A DNA stretch of 64,000 bases from Gemmatimonadota bacterium (GCA_034521595.1 JAXHMG010000003.1:1984001-2048000); one strand, 5' to 3'; shown: positions 35,467 through 49,000, counted from the first letter of the stretch. The notes: generated by a model not told the origin, from the letters alone. Made by a program: numbers and translations.

Positions 35467-37566
35467 TCACTGGTCCTGGCCATTGGCCGCCATGATCTCG
35501 TCGGCCTTCGTCTTCGGCACTTCTTCGTATTGTGCGAACTGCATGGTGTACACGGCGCGCCCCTGACTCAGGGACCGGAGCGTCGTCGAATAACCGAACA
35601 TCTCACCGAGCGGAACGGTCGCGGTGATGACCCGCGCACCCGCGCGCTCGGTCATCTGGCCGACACGGCCCCGCCGGGACGAGAGGTCGCCGATGATGTC
35701 TCCCATGTAGTCCGTCGGCGTCACGACCTCGACATCCATGATCGGCTCGAGCAGGGCGGGGCCCGCCTTGCGGACGCCTTCCTTGAGCGCCATGGAACCG
35801 GCGATCTTGAACGCCATCTCGTTCGAGTCGACGTCGTGGTACGACCCGTCCACGAGCTCGACCCGAAGATCGATGATGGGATAGCCGGCGAGCACGCCCG
35901 TATCGAGCGCCTCCCGGATCCCCTGCTCTACCGAGCCGATGTATTCCCGGGGAATCACGCCACCCACGATCTTGTCCTCGAACGTGAAGCCGGCTCCGGT
36001 CTCGCCCGGCTCGATGTTGATGACCACGTGCCCGTACTGACCCCGGCCACCCGTCTGGCGGATGAACTTGCCCTCCACCTGCTCGGCCCGGTGCTTGATC
36101 GTCTCGCGGTACGCGACCTGGGGACGGCCAATGTTGGCCTCCACCCCGAACTCACGCTTGAGCCGGTCGACGATGATCTCGAGATGGAGCTCCCCCATCC
36201 CGGAAATGATCGTTTGGGCGGTCTCTTCATCCGTGAACACGCGGAACGTCGGGTCTTCGTCGGCCAGCTTGACCAGGCCCGCGCTCAGCTTGTCCTGATC
36301 GACCTTGGTCTTCGGCTCGATCGCCACGGCGATCACCGGCTCGGGGAATTTCATCGCCTCGAGGATGATCGGTTCCTTCTCGTCGCTCAGCGTATCGCCC
36401 GTCTTGACGTCCTTGAGGCCGATGGCCGCCGCGATATCACCCGCGTAGACCTCGTCCCGCTCCTCACGCTTGTTCGCGTGCATCTGCAGGATTCGCCCGA
36501 CGCGCTCCCGCTTGTCCTTCGTCGCGTTGTAGACGTAGCTGCCCGCCGGCAACGAGCCGGAGTACACGCGGAAGAACGTCAGCTTACCGACATACGGATC
36601 GCTCGCGATCTTGAACGCCAGGGCCGAGAACGGTGCGTCGTCGTTGGCCTCCCGCGTGTCGTGCGTCTCGTCGTGGTGCGGCAGGTGCCCCTCGATCGGA
36701 GGCACGTCGACCGGCGACGGGAGGTAGTCGATCACCCCGTTGAGCAGGAGCTGCACACCCTTGTTCTTGAACGCCGAGCCACAGAACACCGGGAAGAGCT
36801 CACCACTGAGCGTCGCCGAGCGCACGGCGGAGCGGAGCTCTTCGGTCGTGAGCTCCTCACCCGCCAGGTACTTCTCGATCAGCTCGTCGTCGTGCTCGAC
36901 CGCCGCCTCGAGGAGCTCGCTCCGGAGCCGCTCGATCTCGTCGTGCAGCCCGTCGGGAATCTCCCCCTCGGAGAACTTCGAGCCCATCTCGTCCTCATAG
37001 ATGACGACCCGGCGCTCGATGATGTCGATCACGCCCGTGAAGAGCTCACCCTCACCGAGAGGATACTGGACGGGGTGGGCGTTGGCGCCCAGCCGGTCGC
37101 GCATCATCTCGACGACGTTCATGTAGTCCGCGCCGACGCGATCCATCTTGTTGACGAATGCGATGCGGGGCACTCCGTAGCCGTCCGCCTGCCGCCAGAC
37201 CGTCTCGGACTGGGGCTCGACGCCGCCCACGGCACAGAAGACCGCGACGGCTCCATCGAGCACGCGCAAGGAACGCTCCACCTCGGCGGTGAAGTCCACG
37301 TGCCCGGGGGTGTCGATGATGTTGATGCGAAACTCTTCGTCGAACCGCTTCCAGTACGCGGTGGTCGCCGCGGACGTGATGGTGATGCCGCGTTCCTGCT
37401 CCTGCTCCATCCAGTCCATGGTGGCCGCGCCATCATGCACCTCGCCCACCCGGTGCACACGTCCCGTGTAAAACAGGATGCGCTCCGTCGTCGTCGTCTT
37501 ACCGGCATCGATGTGCGCCATGATGCCGATGTTGCGTAGCCGGGGCAGTGGAGTCTTTCTGGGCAT
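35467..37566 (-). CDS. fusA: Elongation factor G
   Basis: [37 protein letters not shown]. Confidence 0.98.
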   Translation of the reverse strand: MPRKTPLPRLRNIGIMAHIDAGKTTTTERILFYTGRVHRVGEVHDGAATMDWMEQEQERGITITSAATTAYWKRFDEEFRINIIDTPGHVDFTAEVERSLRVLDGAVAVFCAVGGVEPQSETVWRQADGYGVPRIAFVNKMDRVGADYMNVVEMMRDRLGANAHPVQYPLGEGELFTGVIDIIERRVVIYEDEMGSKFSEGEIPDGLHDEIERLRSELLEAAVEHDDELIEKYLAGEELTTEELRSAVRSATLSGELFPVFCGSAFKNKGVQLLLNGVIDYLPSPVDVPPIEGHLPHHDETHDTREANDDAPFSALAFKIASDPYVGKLTFFRVYSGSLPAGSYVYNATKDKRERVGRILQMHANKREERDEVYAGDIAAAIGLKDVKTGDTLSDEKEPIILEAMKFPEPVIAVAIEPKTKVDQDKLSAGLVKLADEDPTFRVFTDEETAQTIISGMGELHLEIIVDRLKREFGVEANIGRPQVAYRETIKHRAEQVEGKFIRQTGGRGQYGHVVINIEPGETGAGFTFEDKIVGGVIPREYIGSVEQGIREALDTGVLAGYPIIDLRVELVDGSYHDVDSNEMAFKIAGSMALKEGVRKAGPALLEPIMDVEVVTPTDYMGDIIGDLSSRRGRVGQMTERAGARVITATVPLGEMFGYSTTLRSLSQGRAVYTMQFAQYEEVPKTKADEIMAANGQDQ

Positions 37567-37616
37567 CTATCTCGGTCCTTCTGTCGAAGTCCTTCGCGTC
37601 CAGCACACGGATGTGC

Positions 37617-37675
37617 AAAAAAATGAGCGCGGCCCCTGCCGCCGCCGTCCCTGAGGACGGACAGTGTCCGCGCTC
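37617..37675 (-). terminator. Terminator/attenuator-like hairpin with U7 tract between rpsG and fusA
   Basis: GAGCGCGG..CCGTCC-TCAG-GGACGG..CCGCGCTC-A-TTTTTTT on the minus strand. Confidence 0.55.
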
Positions 37676-37760
37676 CAACTAATCGGAGAGGGCCCGCGGG
37701 CCATCGCGTTCCGAATTTTTCCCGCGAGTCTCCGAGAGAGCCGCGAGCCCTGCGAACCCG

Positions 37761-38231
37761 CTACCAGCGGTAGTGCGCGAACGCCTTGTTCGCTTCAGCC
37801 ATCCGGTGCGTGTCGTCCTTCTTCTTGACTGTGGAGCCCTCGCCACGGCTGGCCGAGAGCAGCTCTCCGGCCAAGCGCTCGGACATGCTCTTCTCGGAGC
37901 GGCGCCGCGCGAAATCGATCAGCCAACGGCTGGCCAGCGCGGTACGGCGCTCCGGGCGAACTTCGACCGGCACCTGGTACGTGGCACCACCGACGCGCCG
38001 GCTCTTCACCTCGAGCGCCGGCTTCGCGTTGGTCAGCGCCTGTTCGAACACCTGAAGGCTGGGCTGTCCCGCCCGCTCTTCGAGGAGGTCCATCGCTTCG
38101 TAGAAGATCCTCTCCGCAACCGACTTCTTCCCATCGTACATCAGGTTGTTGATGAACCTGGTGACGGCGGGTGAATCGAAGCGTGGATCCGGAGGAGTCT
38201 CCTTCGTGATTGCCCGGGAACGACGGCTCAT
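37761..38231 (-). CDS. rpsG: 30S ribosomal protein S7
   Basis: [33 protein letters not shown]. Confidence 0.97.
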   Translation of the reverse strand: MSRRSRAITKETPPDPRFDSPAVTRFINNLMYDGKKSVAERIFYEAMDLLEERAGQPSLQVFEQALTNAKPALEVKSRRVGGATYQVPVEVRPERRTALASRWLIDFARRRSEKSMSERLAGELLSASRGEGSTVKKKDDTHRMAEANKAFAHYRW

Positions 38232-38245
38232 TTCTTTCGCCTACC

Positions 38246-38617
38246 TTACTTGGGCCTCTTGGCCCCGTACTTGGAACGCCCCTGCCGGCGGGCTGCGACT
38301 CCGGAAGCGTCGAGCGTGCCACGAACGACGTGGTAGCGGACACCCGGAAGGTCCTTCACACGGCCACCGCGGATCATCACGATCGAGTGCTCCTGGAGGT
38401 TGTGACCCTCACCACCGATGTAAGCCGAAACCTCGAAGCCATTCGTGAGACGTACACGAGCCACCTTGCGGAGCGCGGAGTTCGGCTTTTTCGGCGTCGT
38501 GGTATAGACGCGCGTGCAGACTCCCCGCTTCTGCGGGTTATTTTGAAGCGCCGGAGCCTTGTTCTTCTTCTTTACGGCTTTCCGGCCCTTTCTCACGAGC
38601 TGGCTGATGGTCGGCAT
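38246..38617 (-). CDS. rpsL: 30S ribosomal protein S12
   Basis: [31 protein letters not shown]. Confidence 0.98.
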   Translation of the reverse strand: MPTISQLVRKGRKAVKKKNKAPALQNNPQKRGVCTRVYTTTPKKPNSALRKVARVRLTNGFEVSAYIGGEGHNLQEHSIVMIRGGRVKDLPGVRYHVVRGTLDASGVAARRQGRSKYGAKRPK

Positions 38618-38709
38618 GCAACCTCTGTCTTGAAAAAAGCGCGCCGGTGTGCGGCGCGCCGAATCGGCCTGGTCCATCCCGGCCGGACGTGGTCCGACGA
38701 GAGCATGGA

Positions 38710-38738
38710 AAGGTAGACGTGGGTCCTCGGGGTGTCAA
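38710..38738 (-). promoter_or_regulatory. Sigma70 promoter of the str operon
   Basis: TTGACA-17 bp-TACCTT, about 93 bp upstream of rpsL. Confidence 0.7.
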
Positions 38739-38776
38739 CGGTGAATTGTGGGGACTTTGCGGGTGGGTGGGAAAGA

Positions 38777-38857
38777 GGCCCTCGGAGGTCTCTAGGAGGG
38801 GCCGCTTCGCTCGGATGCCTTCGGCATCCAAGCCCCTCTACGAGACCTCCGAGGGCC
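38777..38857. repeat. Palindromic element C (REP-like nested hairpin)
   Basis: 16-bp perfect IR ggccctcggaggtctc/gagacctccgagggcc enclosing gaggggc/gcccctc and ggatgcc/ggcatcc. Confidence 0.75.
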
Positions 38858-38961
38858 CCTTCCTGCGACCGCGGTGGGCACCCCACTCGTGCACCGTGGG
38901 ACCCGCTCGGAGACCCGTCGGTGAGGCAACGAGCCGCTGCGGCCTCGGGCGCCGCGCCGTG

Positions 38962-41590
38962 CTAGCTTCGGGACGATCCGGACGGCCGTTCCGGGCGCTT
39001 CTGCAGCAGCTCGTCGAACCAATCGAAGATCCGGTCCCACATGTCCAGGACGTTCGCGCGGCCGTGGATCGTGTGACCTTCGCCGGCGTAGCGGGCGAGG
39101 CGCACCCGCTTTCCTGCGCGAGCGAGCTCGTTGAAGAACATCTCGGCCTGCTGCACCGCCACGAAGTCCTGGTCTCCGTGGATGAGGAGGAGGGGCGTCT
39201 CCACGTCGTCGACGTAGGTGAGGGGGCTAGCCTCCCGGTAACGCTCCGGCGCCTCGAAGGGGGGAGCCCCCATCCGTCCCTGACCGGACTCGTAGTAGCC
39301 CGCGGTCGCGAGCTGAAAGGCTCGCGGATCCGAGATATGGCCGTAGCGGGCGCGCGCGTCGAAAGTGCCGTAGTGGGAGCGCAAGTGTGACATGCCGGCG
39401 GAGGAAACGGCGGCCCGGAAGCGATCCGTCTGGCTCACGAGATGGTTCACGCCGTACCCGCCGTAGCTGTGCCCCATCGCCCCCAGGCGATCGACATCCG
39501 CCAGCCCCTCGTCCACTGCGCGCTCCACGGCGGGGAGCACCGCATCCCGCAGGCTCGGCCGGCCGTCATGGGAGCGCTCCTCGAGGGGGACGCTGGGCAG
39601 GAGCACCGCGTAGCCGCGGGACGCGAGGAGCTGCAGCGCGCCGATCCCCACGGGACGGTTGAGTCGCACCGACCCGGGCGCGCTCTCTCCGTAGGTCCTC
39701 CCGGGATAGATGGAGACTACGGTCGGGTGCGGCCCTTCGTCCTCGCCGCCGGGGGGGAGGATGATCCAGGCGGTCTGCTCTTCGCCGTCGGAGCCGGGGT
39801 ACGTCAGCCTACGGGCCTCGCCCGGCTCCACCTCGGCGAGCCACCGATCCGCGGTCATGATCGTGTCCACGGCGCCGGAATGGATGGAGCCGCGGGTCAC
39901 CCCGAGCCAGGTCCCCTCGTCATTCGAGCGGGCGAACGTGGCCGCGCCGTTGGAGAACGAGACGTCCCGTGGTGCTCCCTCCGGCACCGGGATCCGCTTC
40001 ACGTCGCGGAGGCGCGACCCTTCGATCCGCGCGGCCCGAATCTCCGGACCGTCGCGCGCGCCGACGAGGAGACCGATGGGGCCGCCGGGCGCTCGGCGTG
40101 CGCCGGGAGGATCTCCGCCGGGCAGGCGGGGGGAGGCGGGCCACGCGATCCCCCGGACGGACGCCTCCCATTCTTCCGTGAGACGCTCCGCGCCCCGCTC
40201 GGAGTCGATCCTCCACAGGTCTCCTTCGGCCACGCCGGCGGCTCCCCCGGGCACGGGAAGGAGCTCCTCGGGGACCGTCTCCATCCCCTCCGTGAGGTTT
40301 TTCCACCCGTCGTCCGGATCCAGCCCCCACCAATCGGCCCGGTCGCTCGTCCGGTCCGCGGCGAGGCTTCGGGCGCGAACGAGGAGCTCGGACCCTCCGC
40401 TCCACGCGACCGCCGCGACCCCGGTGGAAGCCTCGCCCACGGTCCGCAGGTCCCCCTCGACGGGGTCGACCACGACGACGCGCGTGTGGGAGGGCGTCCC
40501 CTCTCCACCGCGATCCCGGGAGAGGAAAGCGTAGGCGCTCGCGTCGGGGGCCCACCGGAGCGTGAAGTACCGGGGGCTGCCCACGTCCTCCAGTGCGGTT
40601 GCCGCGGTGGACGCGCCGGCCCGGGGCGGCCCGCCTCTGCCCGCCTCACCGAGCCGTGAGCGGGGCGAAGCCCGGACGGGTGCCGAAGGTCGTCATCTGC
40701 TCGGCCGTCCGCTCCGGGTCCGTCGGCGGCACCGGCGGGTGGGAAAAGGTGGCGAGCCAGCGTCCGTCCGGGGAAGGCGCCGTGAGTCCCCAGCGCCCCT
40801 CCGTCGCCACCCGCGAGGAGCCGTCCGTCCCCACCACGAGCACTTCGGCGGCGGGAAGGGGGTTCGCGTCGTCCCCGCTCGGCTCCGAGTCGAGCACGTC
40901 CACGGTGACCTCTTGTCCGCTCCAGGACGCCTCCCAGCGGCGGGCCGCGAAGAGCCCGGGTCGGGTCTGCTCGGCGAGGATCCGCCCCCGTCCGAGCGCG
41001 CCCTCCGGTCCCACGGCCACGGCCAGCTCCTCGGGGGAGACCCAATGGAAGAGTAGGGCGCCGATCTGCGTCAGATGGACCCGCCGGTCCGTCAGGAGAC
41101 GCGTCTCTCCACTCGCGCGCTCCCAGATCCAGGCGCGCACCTCGTTCCCTTCGACCGAGAGGAAGGCGAGGTGCTCCCCGTCCGGTGACCATCGGGGGTG
41201 GAACCACCCCGTGCCGTCGCCTTCCCCGCCGGCGACGGGGCGGGGCTCACCCCCGTCCGTGCGGGCGAGCCAGATCTCCGAGCGGGCTTGGGGGAAATCG
41301 GGGAGCATCTTCGTCGGGCCCTCCTCCCCGGGCCGGACCCGCTCGTAGGCCAGAACCCCTCCGTCCGGCGAGAACCGCACCTCCCCTATCCGGTGGAGCC
41401 GGAAGAGGTCCTCCGGTTGCAGTGTCCGGAGCGTGTCGGCCAATCCGTACTCCGCGCGGTTCGGAAGCGGAACCGCACCGTCCCATGGACGGGCGCCCAG
41501 AGTGCCACCGAGCAGCAGGGCCGCCACCGTGATCGAAACGAGACGTCGGGTCGGAGAACCACCCACCATCAAGAGCCTCCTTGCATCCAT
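38962..41590 (-). CDS. Secreted S9 family (prolyl oligopeptidase-like) peptidase, split by one frameshift near 40600-40680
   Basis: Signal-like N-terminus, WSPDG/PD40-like repeats, GHSYGG nucleophile, HGDQD, GEGH. Confidence 0.85.
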
Positions 41591-41686
41591 TCGGCGGGGG
41601 CCTCGCTGCGGCTCCCCGCATCTCTACTCGCCCGGCCCTACGGGATGCGGGGGCCTCGAGTTTTTCGATCACCAGTCCCCGCAAAG

Positions 41687-41727
41687 CAAAGAGCGGGGCG
41701 CCCCGTTTCAGGACGCCCCGCTCTTTG
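41687..41727 (-). terminator. Intrinsic terminator after rpoC, possibly bidirectional
   Basis: caaagagcggggcg...cgccccgctctttg hairpin with T-runs on both strands. Confidence 0.75.
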
Positions 41728-41794
41728 GTCGCTACCGGCCCGGGCGCCGCGACGGGCAAAGGCCCGCGCGGCGGCTCCTGGTCCTTCTCCGGCG

Positions 41795-44700
41795 TCAGCC
41801 CTCGACGTCCAGGCCGTCGCCCAGGCCGCCGAGGCCGGGCACCAGCTCGTCCGGCTCGCCGAGAGGAACGATCTCCTCGTCGTAGTAGGACTGCTCGACC
41901 ATGAACTCCACGTCCTGAAACCGGTGAACGCCGGTTCCCGCGGGGATCAGGTGGCCGATGATGATGTTCTCCTTCAGGCCCTTGAGCTCGTCGCGGGCAC
42001 CGCGCACGGCGGCGTCCGTGAGCACTCGGGTGGTTTCCTGGAAGGACGCGGCCGAGAAGAAGGACTCGGTCGTGAGGCTGGCCTTGGTGATGCCGAGCAG
42101 CAACGGTTCCGACCTGGCCGGCTTCAATCCGTCTTGGATGGCCTGGAGGTTCACATCGCGGAACTCCGTGCGGTCGACGTGCTCCCCTTCGAGGAGCTGC
42201 GTGTCGCCGGCATCCGTGACGCGTACCTTCTGCAACATCTGGCGTACGATCACGCCGATGTGCTTGTCGTTGATCTTCACGCCCTGGAGCCGGTAGACCT
42301 CCTGGATCTCGTTCAGCAGATACTCCTGAACGGCCCGTGGTCCCTTGATTCGCAGGATGTCGTGCGGGTTGATCGGCCCCTCGCTGATCCGGTCACCGGC
42401 TCGCACCAAGTCACCGGCGTGCACCCGCATGTGCTTCCCGACCGGGACGTCGTACGTACGGCTCGGCCCGGTATCGGGCGTGACGTGCACCTCGCGCTTA
42501 CCGCGTTTGATGTCCCCGAAGCTGATCTCGCCGTCGATCTCCGTGATCACGGCCGGATCCTTGGGACGCCGTGCTTCGAACAGCTCCGCCACCCTCGGCA
42601 GACCACCGGTGATGTCACGGGTCTTGTACGCCTCACGACTGATCTTCGCGAGCGTGTCGCCGGGCTTGACCTCGGCCCCGTCCGCGACGGTGAGCTGCGC
42701 GCCCACCGGAACGATGAACTCGCGCAGCTTCTCGCCCTTCTTGGTGTTCTTCCGGATCTGAAGGGTCGGATGGAGCTTCTTGTCCCGGTCTTCGATGATC
42801 GTCATCTGACGACGCCCGGTCGACTCGTCGAGCTCCTCGCGCATCGTGTGATCTTCGACGATGTCGACGAACTTCACCTTACCGGTCGCGTCGGCGACGA
42901 CGGGCTCGGAATACGGGTCCCAGCTGAAGAGCAGGTCACCCGACTCGATCTCCTGACCCTCCTCGACCGCGAGGGCGGCGCCGTACGGCACGGCGAGACT
43001 GCTACGCATCGCCCCCTCCGGCGTCTTGAGCTGAATCTGACCCTCGCGCGAGGTGACGATCCTCTTCTCGTCGGGAGTCTCGATGATGGTCACGCGCTCG
43101 AGCCCGATGATGCCGTCGAACTTCGACTTCCGCTGTGTCTGGGCGGCGATGCGCGACGCCGTGCCACCGATGTGGAACGTCCGCAGCGTGAGCTGCGTGC
43201 CCGGCTCACCGATCGACTGCGCCGCGAGGATTCCCACGGCCTCGCCGGTGTCGACCATCTGCAGCGTCGCGAGGTTGCGCCCGTAGCACATGCGGCAGAT
43301 CCCCCGCCTGGACTCACACGTGAGCACCGAGCGGATCTTGACCATCTGGATTCCGGCGTCGTCGATGTTCGCCGCGGACTCCTCGTCGATGAGCTCCCCG
43401 GTTCCGACGAGCTGTTCGCCGTCGATCGGGTCGAACACGTCCTCGAGAGCCACGTTGCCGACGATGCGGTCGGAGAGCGGCTCGATGATGTCCTCGCCCT
43501 CCTTCAGCGCCCGCATCTCCAGGCCCAGGATCGTACCGCAATCCTCGGTCTTCACGGTGACGTCCTGGGCCACGTCGACCAGACGTCGGGTGAGGTAACC
43601 GGCGTCGGCGGTCTTGAGCGCCGTGTCCGCCAGACCCTTCCGGGCCCCGTGGGTCGAGATGAAGTACTCCACCACGGTGAGCCCTTCACGGAAGTTCGAC
43701 TTGATCGGGCTTTCGATGATCTCGCCGATCCCACCCGTGAGCTTCTTCTGCGGCTTGGCCATGAGGCCGCGCATGCCCGAAAGCTGGCGCATCTGGTCAC
43801 GGTTACCGCGCGCTCCGGAGTTCATCATCATGAACACCGGGTTGAAGCCGTCCGTCGACTGCTCCAGGTGACGCACCATCGCGTCGGCGACGTCGTTGTT
43901 CGCGTGGGTCCACGTATCGATGACCTTGTTGTAGCGCTCACCGTTCGAGATGAAGCCGCTGGCGTAGGCCTTCTGGAAGCGTCCCACCTGCTCGTCCGCC
44001 TCCCCGAGGATCCGAGCCTTCTCTTCCGGCACCTCGAGATCGTCGATTCCGACGCTGAGGCCTCCCATGGTGGAATACCGGAACCCGAAGTCCTTGATCG
44101 CGTCGAGGAACTCGGTCGTCCGCTTCATGCCGGTCACGTTGAAGCATTCGAAGATCAGGTCCCCGAGCTCCTTCTTGCCGAACGTTCGGTTCAGATAGCC
44201 CAGCTCGTCGGGGATGATCGAGTTGAACAACACCCGTCCGGCGCTCGTGCGCACCCAGCGCGCCTTCTCTCCGAACTGCTCGCCGACCCAGTACCATACG
44301 GGATCCTGGAAGCGCAGGCGCTCGTCGAGGAGCGCCGCCTCCACGTCGCCGTAGGTGGACATGCGAGGCGCATCCGCGTAGAGCTCGTCCAGCTCCTCGT
44401 CGGATTTCTTCCGCCGGCTCTTCGGGAGCTGCGTATCACTCGCGGCCCGCTCGAGCTGGGTGATCTGGATCCCGGGGTTCGTGAGGTAGTACGCCCCGAT
44501 CACCATGTCCTGCGTCGGTGCGGCCACCGGGCGACCGCTCGAGGGCAGCAGGATGTTGTTCGACGACAGCATGAGCACGCGTGCTTCGAGCTGCGCCTCG
44601 AACGAGAGCGGCAGATGGACCGCCATCTGGTCCCCGTCGAAATCCGCGTTGAACGCGGCGCACACGAGCGGGTGGATGCGGATCGCCTTACCCTCGACGA

Positions 44701-46090
44701 GCACCGGCTCGAACGCCTGGATGCCCAGTCGGTGCAGCGTCGGCGCCCGGTTCAGCAGGACCGGGTGGTCCTTGATGATGTCTTCGAGCACCTCGTAGAC
44801 CTGGGGCTCGGCCTGCTCCACGATCTTCTTGGCGCGCTTGACCGTCTCGGCTTCGCCGCGCTTCTCGAGCTCGTGGATGATGAACGGTTTGAAGAGCTCG
44901 ACCGCCATGGCCTTCGGGAGGCCGCACTGGTGGAGCTTGAGCTCGGGACCGACCACGATGACGGACCGGCCCGAGTAGTCCACGCGCTTGCCGAGCAGAT
45001 TCTGCCGGAAGCGACCCTGCTTGCCCTTCAGCATGTCGCTGAGCGACTTGAGCGGGCGCTTGCCGCGGCCACGGATGGCCTTGGCCCGCCGGCCGTTGTC
45101 GAACAGCGCGTCGACCGCTTCCTGAAGCATGCGCTTCTCGTTCCGGAGGATGACCTCCGGAGCGCGCATGTCGATGAGCTTCTTGAGCCGGTTGTTCCGG
45201 TTGATGACCCGTCGATAGAGGTCGTTCAGGTCGGACGTGGCGAACCGGCCACCGTCGAGCGGAACGAGCGGACGCAGATCCGGCGGAATGACCGGGATCA
45301 CGTCCAGGATCATCCACTCGGGCCGGTTGCGCTTGTCGATGGTCTCGCCCGAGGCGCGCAGGGCGTCCACGACCTTGAGCCGCTTCAGCTTCTTCTTCTT
45401 CCGATGCTGTGACGTCTCGTTGGCGATCTCGTGGCGGAGCCACTCCGCGAGGCGATCGAGCCCCTTACCGTCCGAGTTGCGGTCCTTGATCTTGCGGTCC
45501 GGGGTGTCGAGCATGCTCAGGAGCGTCCGCATGCCCTCGGCGCCGATGTCCGCCTCGAACTCGTCGTCCCCGTCGTCACGCGCCTTCACGCGCAGGTCGT
45601 AGTACTCGTCCTCGTCGAGCAGGTCCTGGAACTCCACGTCCTGCTTGCCGGGGTTGGTGACCACGTAGGACGCGTAGTAGACGACCTTCTCCAGGTCCCT
45701 CAGGGTCATGCCCATCAGGTAGCCGAGCTGGCTCGGCAGCGTCTTGAAGAACCAGATGTGCGCCACCGGCACGGCGAGCTCGATGTGCCCCATCCGCTCA
45801 CGACGGACCTTCGAGAGCGTGACCTCGACGCCACACCGGTCACAGACGTGCCCGCGGAAGCGGATCCGCTTGAACTTCCCGCAGTGGCACTCCCAATCCT
45901 TGACCGGACCGAAGATGCGCTCGCAGAACAGTCCGTCCCGTTCCGGCTTGAACGAGCGGTAGTTGATGGTCTCCGGCTTCACGACCTCGCCGAACGACCA
46001 GCCCCGGATCTCGTCCGGAGACGCCAGGCGTACCTGGATGAAGTCGAAGTCCGACGAGCCCTGATCCCGGCTCCTGGGAAAATCAATCAT
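41795..46090 (-). CDS. rpoC: RNA polymerase beta' subunit
   Basis: [12 protein letters not shown], zinc-finger cysteines, [11 protein letters not shown]. Confidence 0.98.
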   Translation of the reverse strand: MIDFPRSRDQGSSDFDFIQVRLASPDEIRGWSFGEVVKPETINYRSFKPERDGLFCERIFGPVKDWECHCGKFKRIRFRGHVCDRCGVEVTLSKVRRERMGHIELAVPVAHIWFFKTLPSQLGYLMGMTLRDLEKVVYYASYVVTNPGKQDVEFQDLLDEDEYYDLRVKARDDGDDEFEADIGAEGMRTLLSMLDTPDRKIKDRNSDGKGLDRLAEWLRHEIANETSQHRKKKKLKRLKVVDALRASGETIDKRNRPEWMILDVIPVIPPDLRPLVPLDGGRFATSDLNDLYRRVINRNNRLKKLIDMRAPEVILRNEKRMLQEAVDALFDNGRRAKAIRGRGKRPLKSLSDMLKGKQGRFRQNLLGKRVDYSGRSVIVVGPELKLHQCGLPKAMAVELFKPFIIHELEKRGEAETVKRAKKIVEQAEPQVYEVLEDIIKDHPVLLNRAPTLHRLGIQAFEPVLVEGKAIRIHPLVCAAFNADFDGDQMAVHLPLSFEAQLEARVLMLSSNNILLPSSGRPVAAPTQDMVIGAYYLTNPGIQITQLERAASDTQLPKSRRKKSDEELDELYADAPRMSTYGDVEAALLDERLRFQDPVWYWVGEQFGEKARWVRTSAGRVLFNSIIPDELGYLNRTFGKKELGDLIFECFNVTGMKRTTEFLDAIKDFGFRYSTMGGLSVGIDDLEVPEEKARILGEADEQVGRFQKAYASGFISNGERYNKVIDTWTHANNDVADAMVRHLEQSTDGFNPVFMMMNSGARGNRDQMRQLSGMRGLMAKPQKKLTGGIGEIIESPIKSNFREGLTVVEYFISTHGARKGLADTALKTADAGYLTRRLVDVAQDVTVKTEDCGTILGLEMRALKEGEDIIEPLSDRIVGNVALEDVFDPIDGEQLVGTGELIDEESAANIDDAGIQMVKIRSVLTCESRRGICRMCYGRNLATLQMVDTGEAVGILAAQSIGEPGTQLTLRTFHIGGTASRIAAQTQRKSKFDGIIGLERVTIIETPDEKRIVTSREGQIQLKTPEGAMRSSLAVPYGAALAVEEGQEIESGDLLFSWDPYSEPVVADATGKVKFVDIVEDHTMREELDESTGRRQMTIIEDRDKKLHPTLQIRKNTKKGEKLREFIVPVGAQLTVADGAEVKPGDTLAKISREAYKTRDITGGLPRVAELFEARRPKDPAVITEIDGEISFGDIKRGKREVHVTPDTGPSRTYDVPVGKHMRVHAGDLVRAGDRISEGPINPHDILRIKGPRAVQEYLLNEIQEVYRLQGVKINDKHIGVIVRQMLQKVRVTDAGDTQLLEGEHVDRTEFRDVNLQAIQDGLKPARSEPLLLGITKASLTTESFFSAASFQETTRVLTDAAVRGARDELKGLKENIIIGHLIPAGTGVHRFQDVEFMVEQSYYDEEIVPLGEPDELVPGLGGLGDGLDVEG

Positions 46091-49000
46091 TTACTCTTCC
46101 TCCCCGAGCGTGACGCTCAGGCCGAGTGCCTGGAGTTCTTTGACGAGCACGTTGAACGACTCCGGAAGCCCCGGCTTCGGCAGGTTGTCTCCCTTGACGA
46201 TCGCCTCGTACACCTTGGAGCGGCCCTGCACGTCGTCCGACTTGACGGTCAGGATCTCCTGGAGCGTGTGCGCGGCGCCGTAGGCTTCGAGTGCCCAGAC
46301 CTCCATCTCGCCGAAGCGCTGGCCACCGAACTGGGCCTTACCGGCCAGCGGCTGCTGCGTAACGAGTGAATACGGCCCGATCGAGCGCGCGTGAATCTTG
46401 TCGTCGATGAGGTGGCTGAGCTTGAGCATGTAGACCGCGCCCACCGTGACCGGGAAGTCGAAGCGGCGGCCGCTTCGGCCGTCCCGCAGCCAGACCTTGC
46501 CGTTGGGCAGGACCTCGGCGTGCGTCATGAGCTCCACGACCGCGTCGTCGAGCCCCGACTTCACCGAGGAACGTCCCTTCAGCTTTTGGGCGGCGGGGAA
46601 GATGTCGCCCATCTTCTCGCCGCGCCGTTCGGCGATCTCTTCGGCCGCGGCGACCACGAAGGTGGCGATGTCGTCGAACAGCTTCTGTTGCTTCTTGGTC
46701 AGGTCGGTGTCGAGGAACGCGTCGAACGACTGGCCGATGCCCCGGGTCCGGTTGGCCGGATGAGTACCGTTGCCGTTGCCGTTTCCGGCGCCGTTACTGT
46801 CCGGCGTCGCCATGACGACCGGCAGCTTGTTGGCCACGGCCACGAGCTCGTCGATGTCCTCCCGGCCGGCCGGAGCTTCGGCCCGAAGCCCGAGCGAGTC
46901 GCTCAGCCACTTGAGCCCGGCGAGCTTCAGCAGCGCTCCGATCTCGTTCTCCGTCGCCCCCTGGAAGACCGGCGTCTTGGCCTCGAAGCCGAGAACATGC
47001 GCGGCCCAACCGAGGTGGGTCTCGAGAACCTGGCCCACGTTCATGCGGGACGGCACGCCGAGCGGGTTGAGGACGATGTCGACCGGGGTCCCGTCCGGGA
47101 GGAACGGCATGTCCTCTTCCGGCGCGATCCGGGCGATGATGCCCTTGTTGCCGTGGCGTCCGGCCATCTTGTCGCCCACCGAGATCTTTCGCTTCTCGGC
47201 CACGTAGACTTTCACGAGCTGGACCACGCCCGGTGGCAGCTCATCCGGCTGGAAGACCTTGTCGATCTGCTCCTCGGTCTTCTCCTTCACCCGCTGGATG
47301 CGACGATCGGCCTCGTCCACGAGCCGACGGATCTTCTCGCTCGCGTCCTTGTTCTGAACCTTCAACGTCGAGAGATCGACCTTCCTGAAGTCGATCTCGT
47401 CGATCTGGGCCTTGGTGAGCTTGGTGCCCTCGTCGATGAACGGCTCGACGGTGCCCTTCTTGAGCATGAGCGCCACGGTCTGCCGCTGAAGCAGACTCCG
47501 CAGCTCCTCGTCACGGGCCTCGGAGATCCGTTGGATCTCGTCCCGCTCCATCATGCGGAGATCGCCGATCTTCGCGCCGTGCTCCTTCTCGAGCAGCGGA
47601 TCGTCGATGCGGCGCGAGAAGATCTTCACGTCGATGATCGTCCCGGTCATGCCGGGGGACACGCGCAGCGACGAGTCCTTCACGTCCTTGGCCTTCTCGC
47701 CGAAGATGGCGGTGAGGAGCTTCTCCTCGGGGGAAAGCTCGGTCTCGCCCTTCGGCGTGATCTTTCCGACCAGGGTGTCGCCGGCCTTCACCCGCGCGCC
47801 GATACGAACGATTCCGCGCTCGTCGAGGTCGACCAGGCTTTCCTCGGCGACGTTCGGAATCTCACGGGTGATCTCCTCCATGCCCCGCTTCGTGTCCCGT
47901 ACGTGTAGCTCGAGCTCCTGGATATGGATCGACGTATAGACGTCGTCCTTCACCAGACGCTCGCTGAGGACCACGGCGTCCTCGAAGTTCGACCCGTACC
48001 ACGGCATGAACGCCACCAGGATGTTGCGTCCGAGCGCGAGCTCGCCGTTGTCGGTGCCCGGACCGTCGGCGATCACGTCGCCGGGTCCCACTTCCTCGCC
48101 CAACTTCACCAACGGGCGCTGATTGATAGCCGTGTCCTGGTTGGTGCGCCAGTACTTACGGAGACGGTAGCGGTCGAACTGCGCCAGCTTGGCGAGCGGC
48201 TGATCCTCGTCGCCGGGCGACGTCGCTCCGGTGTCGATGATGATCTCGTCGGCCGTCGCGCGCACCACGCTTCCACCGCGGCGCGCCGTGATCACGGCGC
48301 CGGAGTCGGTCGCGACCTTGCCTTCGAGCCCGGTGCCGACGAGCGGCGCATCCGTGTGGAGGAGCGGCACGGCCTGACGCTGCATGTTCGAGCCCATGAG
48401 GGCACGGTTGGCGTCGTCGTGCTCGAGGAACGGGATGAGCGCGGCCGCCACGGACACCATCTGGTCCGGAGCCACGTCCATGTATTCGATGTCGTCGGCC
48501 CCGAGCAGCGGGAAGTCACCCTTCTGTCGGCAAAGGACGTAGTCGTTCTCGAAGTTTCCGTCCGCGTCGACCGGAGCGTTCGCCTGGGCGATCCGTGCTT
48601 CCTCTTCCTCGTTCGCCGAGAGCCACTCGATCTCGTCGGTGACCTTGCCGTCCCTCACGATCCGGTACGGCGTCTCCACGAAGCCGAGGTCGTTGACGCG
48701 CGAATAGGTGGTGAGCGAGGTGATCAGACCGATGTTCGGCCCCTCCGGCGTCTCGATCGGGCACATGCGGCCGTAGTGCGTATAGTGCACGTCCCGCACC
48801 TCGAAGCCCGCCCGCTCGCGGGTCAGACCGCCGGGTCCGAGCGCGGACAGACGCCGCTTGTGCGTCATCTCCCCGAGCGGGTTGGTCTGATCCATGAACT
48901 GGCTGAGCTGACTCGACCCGAAGAACGCCTGGATGACGGCGGAAACGGTCCGCGCGTTCACGAGGTCGTCGATGTTGATCTTCTCGGGGTCGGTGTTGAT

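Noticed and set aside
40584-40648. Selenocysteine or stop readthrough at the peptidase TGA
   Set aside because: The downstream ORF is out of frame (61-nt gap), so readthrough would not join the halves
38962-41590. Lasso-peptide isopeptidase of a RiPP cluster
   Set aside because: No precursor, cyclase or leader peptidase genes nearby
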